Source: Mytilus californianus (lineage: Eukaryota). From it: a stretch of 64,000 nt of DNA. The first letter of the stretch is position 1. The number at the start of each line of letters is the position of its first letter. The stretch covers positions 29,016,001 to 29,080,000 of the forward strand of contig NW_026262745.1 of assembly GCF_021869535.1 (NCBI RefSeq). The letters are read 5' to 3'. Below, in pieces: positions 21,638 to 33,600 of this stretch. Under the pieces are notes generated by a model, which saw only the letters and a program-made list of their open reading frames with translations, did not search any database and was not told where the DNA came from. Made by a program: the position numbers and the translations under genes.

Positions 21638-24600
21638 ATGATAGGATATAAATTCCTTTTTGTACTTTCAACGAAATTATCATTTATATCAGGTAAATTA
21701 TAATATCTAATTGTTAAACAGACTCTATGCCTAATGTTGCATAAACATTTCACATCGATCAAATAAAGCAAGACCCCTGTTAATGAAACAACAATCCACA
21801 TATTTGAAAATTGTCAAACCTGAAGATCATAAAAGGTATAGTCTGAAATAAAATACATTAATAGAGGTATTGATTTTATTAATTTGTCTAGTATTTTAAT
21901 GACTTCCGTTCAAAACTTTATACCTCCTTATTTTGATAACATAGAGCCACCTATTAATTTTTTATTTCTTAATTATACGTCAGTTACATCAGACTTCATT
22001 ATAGAAAATAATGTTCCTTTAACATGAGACTGTGAAACATCGAAGTTTAGATATGATCCCTATGACCATGTAACTACAGGGGACCTCAATATCGTTCAAG
22101 TCCGAAAGGTTATACACTTTCTGAAAAAAAGCACTAAAATATCGTCCACCGTCGAAAATAAATGGGAAAGAGTGTCGTCAGGTCATTAAAGATGCTCTTT
22201 CATCCTTTGGTAAAAATAGGTTTAAACGGAAGAAATCTGACAAAAAGTCACGTGATTCCTATTTAAGTAAATGTCTGAATACTGTTGATATTCGCATAAT
22301 ACATTTCGAAAATAATTTAGATATATATAAAAGAGTCAGTAATAAGCCCATTTCTAGGATTAAAAACAAAATTCAATTTCTCGCAAAGCGTTTTTTGTTC
22401 GTACCGACCGACAGAGCAGCCAACAAAATGTGATGGTGGTATGACGTAAATACTACACGGAAGTCATTAAGAATAAAATTATTTATTCAACTTAAATACT
22501 TAAAAGAGGCGGAAGATCCCAAGGGGGCATTCAAATCTCATAAGTCGAAGGATACTAGTAACTGAAAACTCCATGGCAAAACCCCCAGGAAAATGACGAA
22601 CAAACGAACAAGTTCACAAAACTTTACATAGAAAACTAACGAATGAGCAACACGAACACCTGTACAAGAACACAGGTGCCTGTTATAGTCAGAAGTTCCT
22701 GCTCCAGATGTGGCACCCGTCGTATTGCTCATGCAAGTACATGTTTAAATAGCTTCCTTGTAAGTATAAACCGTCCATCAAGAAAATCATGATAGGAAAC
22801 GCAAGCTCTGCAATATCAACTGAGAATTATACGTCATATGCAGGCGCCGCTGGAATGTTGCTACATAGAAATAGAAAGTTAACAATTGGGAAGCTGAAAT
22901 GACCGTTTTTTGTCGTATTGTTTTGTTTTCAACTGATTTTCATTGTCAATTTGTATATGTAAGTGAAGATATGAGGCAGACTAAACTGTATATTTCAAGT
23001 TTGATTGGATAGATATAGTCAACATATAATCATAAAAATTTTGAATAATTTCGAGAGAGGACATTGCCTAGGAAGCTTAAGTGTAATCCTAGCTTGTTTT
23101 CATCTTCACGCAAGAAGCTCCTGTATGAAGTCTTCCCATCTTAGTTCTTTCAATCTGTCTTTAAGTTTGACAAGGGTTATATTTGTGTAAAGGGTAGAGA
23201 ACTAAATAGCGAAACCTCCCGCTTGTATATCAGGTGTTTATAGTTCCGTTATATTGACAAAATTGGGCGAGCAACCCAAACAGACATAGTAGCTAGGTTA
23301 ATGTGACAATAAAGTGCTTTTCTGGATTAACCTTCACAAGGAACGCTCAAAGCCGAATATTTTGAAAGCCAAGGTAGTATAAGAACCGAAACAGATGAAG
23401 AGATTTGGTGGAGCACTTTGCAGACCCAGCAATATAATGATGTTTGTAAATTCTGATATTTAGTACAGTGAAGGCAGATCCTGGAATATTTATACATTTG
23501 TAGCTTTCAAATGTTTGGTTTTGTGCGTTCCTGATAAGGTAAATCTAGAAAAGCGCTTCGGACGCACCAGATTTATAAAGTGTTATTTTATACATATCAT
23601 CATTACATAAAATGACAAGTTTGATCAAGTCATCCTCATATACGAGGTCAAAACATCAAGGTTTGGGTTATACCTGCATTTGTTTCTATTGCAGCATATT
23701 AATTCTATTAAAATAATGTAATTACGATACATGATGCGTACAAGTAGAATTCAATATGAAACATTAATATTATAACAATTTGGTAAATAGCTGTCAGAAC
23801 TTAGTTATGTTGTTATGGTGTGTCATATACCAGCAATAATCGATTGCAACAATAATCAATCTGATTCAAATGCAGTCCACGCTGTGCTCAGAAGGATCTG
23901 ACAAAAGTCCGTTCTACTTTCTGCACTGATAGTAATTACATACGCTATGAAATTTCCGCCTGCAAATTTTTGAAGATGTGTATCCTTTTGTTGACAAAAT
24001 CCAAGGGATTACAAAAGGTCTTTAATGCAAGACAAGACCAGACAAGACAAATACTTTATTAAAGTCTCACCACTTGTTACATATAAAATATACAGCATAG
24101 TAAAACACAAGTTAACAACAAGAGCCACTCTATAAAGAGTTATGAGCGACTACAAAACAAATTCTTAAGTATAATACAAATACAAGTCAACTATAATGAG
24201 TATAAAATACATTTTCGCTTGAATAAAATTTCAGATTTTGGCAGTATAAAATACCATATTTTCATTTGTAAAAAGAAATATCAATTTTTCTTTATCAGGC
24301 ATATGTAAAAAATCATCAATACTAGCATGATTAAAAATAACATTACGGATATCTGCATATACAGGACAGTTTAACAAAACAGGTTTCTCATCTTCAACAT
24401 CATCAGTAGAATTAAAACATACTCTATTTTCAATATCAATATTTTCATAACGACCAGTTTCAATTCTGATGGGCGCTACACCACATCTAAATTTTGCTAA
24501 GGCACTCCTGTATCTACCAGGTATATTAAAAATCAGATAATTTTCTACACCATATACATTTTTAAACAGTCTACCTTATATATGTACGTAATTTATTTTC

Positions 24601-27600
24601 ATCATTTGACATAATTTTGTCATACCATTTTTACTTAAATTTTTCAATATTCTTAATTAAAACCTTGTTTAAAATAGCCCCATTACACAAATATTCCATA
24701 TCAAGTTCTTTAAACTTGTTTTTACTCTAAAATGCCAATGTTTTAATCTTTTACATGTGTTACACCATATATACACTTTTTTTATTTACTCTATCATCAT
24801 TCATTTTATTTAATCTTGTCCAATTTCTAAAAACACTTGTCCACTGTTTGATTTTGCATGGCATCCAGCCCATGTCACCATACATTTTGCCTAAAAACTG
24901 TTATCATTAAGAATATCATTAGTGGGGTATATGACAAGAGCCTTTAATGCTCATGGTATTAATATGTATCATTTCATTTGCATTTATGAACATGGTTGAG
25001 TACTCAAAAATCTAGTGTAACCCAGTTTGTTCCTTGTCTCAACTCATTATGCTTTTGTATATGGATATAAGAAGATGTGGTATGAGTGCCAATGAGACAA
25101 CTCTCCATTCAAGTCACAATATGTAAAAGTAAACCATTATAGGTCAAACTACGGCCTTCAACACGGAGCCTTGGCTCACATCGTACAGCAAGCTATAAAG
25201 GGCCCCCAAAAATGACTAGTTGACAAATGCAGCGGGTTTAAACGTTTTAATAGGCGCTAACCTTCACCCTACCCGAAATGGCTTAACTTAATCGAAAGAC
25301 ATATTAACAAAAACAAGTGAACATACTCTGAACGATGATACTCTAATATGACGTGCTGCTTTGGCTTTGTAAACAAGATCGTAATAAAATTCTCTATATT
25401 TAGAATAACCTGATGCACATATACTAGTACTAATAACTTTTACAGTTTACCTCCCACGTATATCTGTTCCGGACCATATAAGTATTCGAACCATACGCGT
25501 AATTAGCACGATGATGGATAAAACCTTTAATACTGTAAATTCGATATGACCCTTTGAGTTTATAAAAATGCAATAATATTGTGAGTTGTTGAAATCACAT
25601 GCCATGATATTGTTATCATAAAGTGCATTAAGAATTTAATAAAGTGACGATGGATGGCCCAGTAAATTTAATCTAATTCACAAATTAAAAGTAATGTAAC
25701 CACATGGTCATTATCGATTTGGCCTGGATGAATGACTTTGGAAGATAACTTTGAGAAGTATCTAAATCAACTGTTAAACAATAAGTTAACTGTTTAACTA
25801 ACGGACGCTTTTACGTGACACTAGCATGACACTATGCTATGAGATGTCCTATTAGCATCGAAATAATTCATGCAAACGATAAATTTGTTTATCATTTTCA
25901 TACTGCCTGGTCCGTGTGAAAATTTATATCAAATATACGGCTTGCATGAATTATTTCTTAAATAATTAGAATTAATGTCTGAATTTGACATTTGAGACCA
26001 GGTGGTGACATCTTAACATCTATTCTTGATGAACATGTGTTGTTGACCGGTTTATGTTATTCATTGGGCTATTCAAGAAAGAAAACACTTCACGTTATGA
26101 TAGTTTGTATTCGGAAACATTGACGGTTTGAAAACACATCATTATTGTGTTGTTGTTATCGTTTTATGCCCCCGCCGTAGCAGAAAACAACAGAACAACA
26201 TAAACACTGAACTGCAACAAAAACAAACTCCAACATACATAGAAACGGACTATTTGATAACAAACTTGTCAAAATCGTGTATCTAGGAGATTTGTGTTTA
26301 CAGAATGCTTGTGTATCCCGCTGTTGACCAATGGAACTCTTGAATATTTGGCGCGTTACAGAATTAAACAATCTATTAGCGAAAATGAATTAACGTTTTA
26401 ATATAATGTTTATTTCCCAAGACAGATTAATAATGCATTTTAAATAATTACGATTCAGCTATCCTCTACTGTGTTGGAACTGGTTGGGACCTACTTGGAT
26501 CAAAATGTTATAAAGTAATTCGATTGCAAAGTGCTGGTGTGTCATACGAGGAAGGTAGGACTTTATGTGCAATTGAAAATTCAAAAGCAACTCCAATAAT
26601 GCCAAAGACAGTACAAGAAAATGCTGTGGTTGAACAATATGAGAACACGTGAGTGCATAAATACAATAATTGTCTATAAAATAAACCCTGGTGAAGCCGT
26701 TTTGTGCTTACAGAACCAGCTGTTAAGGAAGTCAGTACAATATGAACATGCATGTACGTAACGTATCAAATGACATATCCTAACCCTATGCGTTTGGGAA
26801 AAGGGATTGTTACTTTGAGAAATGGAAAGTTGACAGTAAGAAATTTGCAATAGTAACGTTTTTCATAGATCTTAGTTTGAAGTCGTTCATTTTTATGTCA
26901 ATTCAAGAAAAAGATCCAGATTGGAAATAAATTTTCTCGTTTCGGTAGTATCCTTTATGGCCAGTTCAATTGTATATATGAAATGCCAGCTAAAATGACG
27001 GTTATTTAGTAAGAGGTTAATATAAATATACATGAAGGTGAACATTAGGAACTCGGCAAGATTTTGTTTTCTTTTTGCTTTTGATAAGACTTCTTCTCCA
27101 TTTAAATACAAAATCAAGTCAGCCAATAGGGTGCACAATCAGTATCGTTTTGAATAATGACTGTTGTTTGTCATTTCGATCAAGCAAACTCGGCAAACAA
27201 ATTGTCGATCGAAAAGTTTAGCCCTTTATTAATGTAGTCTTTGTTTTATTTGTTGTTGGAATCTTTGTAAGTCTTCACAAAGTCAGATAATAGTCACGAT
27301 TCCCCTTTTTATAGAAACACATATTTTGGTGTTACCTCAAAGAACTTTGACAGTTTGCATCCATAACATACATATACAGATTTTAAAAATATCAAACAAA
27401 AAGTTTAATAGATTCAATAATGAAGTAATTATAAAGACTACAGTTTTAGGAATGATGAAATTCCTGTACTAGTGAATGGTCAACTTGAATGTATTAGATC
27501 GATCTTTAGACTGAATATGAATTCAAGCTTTAAAATTAAGAGAATATAAGAATACTAATGCAACATTTGATTTCAATTAAAGAGTTGGTTATTTTTGGCT

Positions 27601-30600
27601 TGGCCTTACAGACTATGATGAAGATAATATCTGGAATTGGGAGGACGGAGCATTAGCAAGTTTTACTGATTGGATAGATGGTAATTATTTTTATTTTTTC
27701 CGAATCAATGTGTCTATGGTATATATATAATAATGTGGGATAACGTCAATGCGATAGCAATAAAAACACACAATAAAACAACAAAAACATGATTAAGATG
27801 AACATACAGACTGTCCTTTCGGTCATCTGAAGCTCAGATAGCAAAAGCTTTATTATCTATGTACCCGTATGCTGCGTAGTTCAAAAGTTTTATACATATG
27901 AATAAAAGGAGATGTGGAGTATAAGTCAATAAGACAGCAACCCAATGACAACAAAGACCACTAGAGGTCAACATACAGTGATCAACAACAGACAGGTGTT
28001 TATATACTTAGTAAAGATCTAAATCATTTAAGAAATGAATGCTTCTTTTTTTTAAATTTATTGGGGTGTAAAAGTGTTGACCGAAGTACATTTTGTATGA
28101 AGCGCGGAATCGCTTCATTCTAAAAATGTGCGCACGGACAACGCTTTTACAACCCTACAAAATTACTAAAAGAAGCATTCAATACTTATAATTACATTTT
28201 TTTGCTAGGTTCATGAAAACACGATTTCTATCAAGTTTTTCTTTTATTCATCTGTGCACTTTATTGTGGAAGCTCGTGTCATCATGAATGTTACATTTCA
28301 TTTTGAAATGAAGGTTAATTTCAGAATGACGCGAAATTGCTGTTAGCCAATCAAAATAACGTATTATAATGAAACATACATGTAATGTAATTGTTGAGTA
28401 TTCAAAGTTAAGAAAACAAACAATCAAAAGTCTGCCATCAACATAAAATATTCCGAAATCAAAAAAAGAATGAAGATGTGCCCTACATTCTGTAAAAAAT
28501 ACCACTGACGAGGTTTCTGGCTGGGGAGACACCTGAACATTTGGTTGGGTTAAAGCAAATGTTTGTAGAGATCGCAAACCTCTCCGTTTAAATCTCGATC
28601 CGTTGACTTTAAAGGTACATACTCAAATAGTCAGTTGAGATTACATGGACTACTTACTCTGATGAACGTTTCTTTCTTAACTCATACGTTGGTGGCACTA
28701 CTTCACATAAGAGTTTATTCTGCAACGTCCAGGAAAACACGACCTTGTACAATGCAAATGAACTTGTATAGAATTTCAATATAAAAAAACAAATGGAACA
28801 TTTCAAATCATACATGAACCTTTGTTGTTCGTGACATTCATGTAATGTTTTAACAATATATTGAGAATATGTCACGTTAGGATATAAAAGTCTAGAGAAA
28901 GAACTAGTCGACAAAAAGCCCTACAGAGCTTGTGCTTTTAATGTTCATTTACACCCGACTTAAAATAACATTTCTATTATATTCTATTTTAACTAGGATC
29001 CCGGTTGAATTAGCCACGTGAAACAATGAAAATATCTTACTAACGAGATAAAAATGATACGTCTAACCTGATTAAAAAAAAAACAACAAAAAAACAATTA
29101 AATTGGAAGATGTAACATCGTAATTTATCTTTGTCATGTGATCTTTAATGGAAGGTTGTCCAATTAGAAATCATAAAACATCTTAAAGAAATAAATCTTC
29201 AACAGAACATTATAGAGAAAAATATCATGCAACAATATATTATACATACACGAAGGTCGTTGCTGTTCTATATAATCTCTCTAAGGACAGTAATTAGGTC
29301 TTTCCACCTTTCCGTGGAAAGACCTACTGGTTTTTTTCTGATTATTTTTTTTTTCTTCCGCCTAATTTTTTTCTTGCGGTGTATTTTTGTTTCAAAAGAT
29401 GTCGCTTAGTTTTTTGGTATATGATATCATACAGTCTATACGCTTTTGAAACTGACCCTGTTTAACCGAACACTTTTCTTTGTAAGAGTTATCTCCCCAA
29501 ACACTGTTTTTCTTGTTATGAGATCTCCTCCGCAATCGTAAAAGAAAGCGACAAACTTATTTTTCCAAATTGCTCATTATATCCTCAGGATGTTAGGTTT
29601 TATTTAGACCGAAGCTTTACGAAGACTCCATATGAGAGTTATTTCCCCTTTTGTATTTGATATATGTGAAATGTATTTGTAACTGGAAAACCATAAGTGA
29701 TAGAGGTCTAGGGTCTTTTGATTTGAGGTCCTTGGTCCATAAAAATGAAAATGAGGTCAAGGTCAAAGGTCAATGTCATGTTAAAAATTTTGATTTTGGC
29801 TTGTTATCACTAATTTTCAGAAATCTAATAAGATATCGACAAATTTTTTTACAGAATTGTTAGTTGCGACATGTTGTAACACGTAAATTTGAGTTGAAAG
29901 GGTACGGAGACATTTAATGGGAATTTTCTCCCCTTTTATATTCAAAATTACATGTATGGTGATATAACTTATTCATCTTATATAATTGAGACCTAGGGTC
30001 TTTTGATTTGAGGCCCTTGTTTCATGACCTTTAAATTGGGGTCAAGGTTAAAGTTTAATTTGACGTTTTTTTTTTTTTTTTTTCTTCCGCCTAATTTTTT
30101 TCTTGCGGTGTATTTTTGTTTCAAAAGTTGTCGCTTAGTTTTTTGGTATATGATATCATACAGTCTATACGCTTTTGAAACTGACCCTGTTTAACTGAAC
30201 ATTTTTCTTTGTAAGAGTTATCTCCCCAAACACTGTTTTTCTTGTTATGAGATCTCCTCCGCAACCGTAAAAGAAAACGACAAATTTATTTTTCCAAATT
30301 GCTCGTTTTATCCTCAGGATGTTAGGTTTTATTTAGACCGAAGCTTTACGAAGACTCCATATGAGAGTTATTTCCAATTTTGTATTTAATATATGTGAAA
30401 TTTATTTGTAACTGGAAAACCATAAGTGATAGAGGCCTAGGGTCTTTTGATTTGATGTCCTTGGTCCATAAAAATGAAAATAAGGTCAAGGTCAAAGGTC
30501 AAGGTCATGTTAAAAATTTTGATTTTGGCTTGTTATCACTAATTTTCAGAAATCTTATAAGATATCGACAAATTACTTTTACAGAATTGTTAGTTGCGAC

Positions 30601-33600
30601 ATGTCATAACACGTAAATTTGAGTTGAAAGGGTACGGAGACATTTAATGGGAGTTTTCTCCACTTTTATATTCAAAATTACATGTATGGTGATATAACTC
30701 ATTCATGTTATATAATTGAGACCTAGGGTCTTTTGATTTGAGGCCCTTGTTTCATGACCTTTAAATTGGGGTCAAGGTCAAAGTTTAATTTGACGTTGTA
30801 TTTTTTTTTTTTTTTCTTCCGCCCAATTTTTTTCTTGCGGTGTATTTTTGTTTCAAAAGATGTCGCTTAGTTTTTTGGTATATGATATCATACAGTCTAT
30901 ATGCTTTTGAAACTGACCCTGTTTAACCGAACACTTTTCTTTGTAAGAGTTATCTCCCCAAACACTGTTTTTCTTGTTATGAGATCTCCTCCGCAACCGT
31001 AAAAGAAAGCAACAAATTTATTTTTCCAAATTGCTCGTTATATCCTCAGGATGTTAGGTTTTATTTAGACCGAAGCTTTACCAAGACTCCATATGAGAGT
31101 TATTTCCCCTTTTGTATTTGATATATGTGAAATGTATTTGTAACTGGAAAACCATAAGTGATAGAGGCCTAGGGTCTTTTGATTTGAGGTCTTTGGTCCA
31201 TAAAAATGAAAATGAGGTCAAGGTCAAAGGTCAAGGTCATGTAAAAAATTTTGATTTTGGCTTGTTATCACTAATTTTCAGAAATCTTATAAGATATCGA
31301 CAAATTTTTATACAGAATTGTTAGTTGCGACATGTCGTAACACGTAAATTTGAGTTGAAAGGGTACGGAGACATTTAATGGGAGTTTTCTCCCCTATCAT
31401 ATTCAAAATTCAAAATATGGTGATATAACTCATTCATCATATATAATTGAGACCTAGGGTATTTTGATTTGAAGCCCTTGTTTCATGACCTTGAAATTGG
31501 GGTCAAGGTCAGAGGTTGATTCGACGTTCTATATTTTGACCTTTTCTTTTACCTCATATATATATACATGATAAAGCCATGGGACTTTTTGCATTAGGTT
31601 GCAAGCCATGTGACCTTGAAAAATCCAACCGGAAGTGACCTTTTGTAAACCGGAAGTAGCTATTTTTTGTACTCAATTAATGTAAAAGTATATAGAACTA
31701 TATATTTTTGGAATCAGTGTCAAGTAAACTATCAAACAATACCAGAAGTGACATTTTTTAAACCGGAAGTCAAAAATTATCTCCCTTATTTATCTTTTTT
31801 TGTATAGAAACCATATATTTTTGGAATAAGCGTACATTAAGCTGTCATTTGACGCTGGAATTGACATTTAAAACCTAATTTTAATATTTTTCATATCAAA
31901 ATAGATCCTTCCTGGTGGAAAGACCTTCAATTGTTCTCTGAACAATTGGTTTTTAATTGTTATTATATTCGTAGCAGGGTTAAAGGTTAATTTTTTTCTT
32001 TCCGTTTTACTATTCTACACATGTAGGTAATCCGGATATATTAACAGAGCATTGTGTAGCCCTTGCCTATGGTGGTTGGCACGATAACCCGTGTTCGTTA
32101 TTACGAGGAGTTGTATGTCAACAAGAGCCTGTATCAGGTAAAGTATATATTTCTATTGCTGAAAATCTGATTTTGTATGAATAAAAAGACGAGTGGTTAA
32201 GTTCAATGAGATAGCATCCAAAGTAGACAGCAAACCGAAAAGTCATCGTAATGCCAATGTGTGGTCTTAAACAAAAGAGAAGTGGCTATACTATTTAGTG
32301 AGCTCTTAACTATCTTGATTCTAGCCAGATGTGTATAAAACATAGGGTATCAAATCAACCATCGAAACCTAACTCCTGTACAGATATTTGTTTACAGTAA
32401 CTATTGTTTCATTACTTACTTACACACAAGGTGTAATCCTAAAGCTTATGTTTACTAGCTATAGGCTGTCAATGTAAAATCATGAAAAGTAAAAGCATCA
32501 AAAATATAAAAACACACAAAAAAGAATGTGTAACACAATTTGAAATTTTCAGAACAAACTGTAAAAACATCTGGGTAACTTCATGAGTCTTTATTTTTTT
32601 ATTTTAAAACTTAGTGGTAGTATTCACGTTGATGTAGATTTAGACAGGAAAGGAAATTGACTCTGCGTATACATAGTTGATTGCCCAATTAAGTGATCGT
32701 GCATATATATAATAAATGTAAAAAACGACTTTATTTGATTAAACCCGGGTGTTGCTGTAGAGCATCAGCAGTACATGAACTCCATCGAGTGCTGACATCT
32801 GATATATCCAATAAACTTGATATTTAGGATTTTACCGAAACTGACGGCCTTATTCAAATCTTAATATCCTCTTGAAATTGACAAGGATTGACGACTTCAA
32901 TTAAGGATCTTAGATTGACAAACGCGTTAATTTTAGTTTTCCTGTCGTTAACTTCCCCTTTCCCAAGTTCTAATATTCCCTCTGCCCTATCGTATGTCGT
33001 TTTTATATCTGAATTGACCAATACCTTAAGGACTTGCATGGTGTCATTATACAGTCATCAATAACACAATTACAGGGTTGTGCTCCTAAAGGAAAGTCAC
33101 CTCCGGAGGGTAATGAAGAACTGTAATCCGACAGTACACCAGTTTTGCGGTCAGCATCACGAATTAGTTGCCCGATACGATGTGTCGGTTTCTAAACCTG
33201 TGACAGGCATTTGTTCCTGGTCTTATATCTTAATTACAAGAATAGTACTAGTAGTGACTGTGATCTGCAAATTCTCGAAATTTGTTCTACTTGGAGTGAT
33301 ATTTTGACTGACTTTGAATGCGCATAACGGGTAATGTATGCATTTCAGGTCTTGCGGTTCCCTTAGTTTATTTATCTTAATTTGTATATTTAAAATGTAT
33401 TTACGAGTTAACAACATTGGTAAGCTACTGTTGCTTTTTTTTTCTAATCACTTGATATATAAATTGTTTTTAAATTTCCGTACACGCAATTGTTAATAAC
33501 AACTGTCACGTCAGCCTTTAGATTGATTGCACTGAATCAAGCAAAATCACGGAAATGTTATTGAATATGGAAATAAAAGAAAATATATAAATATCAAATC

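Noticed and set aside
21538-21801. Minus-strand 87-aa ORF with a signal-peptide-like start (MWIVVSLTGVLLY)
   Set aside because: It overlaps the + strand lectin start exon, which has good splice sites and fits the gene model, and it has no domain or continuation.
29651-31324. Three near-identical 70-78 aa ORFs (MYLIYVKC...)
   Set aside because: They are a by-product of the ~730-bp tandem units in a non-autonomous element. They start at TTG, their lengths vary and they contain no domain.
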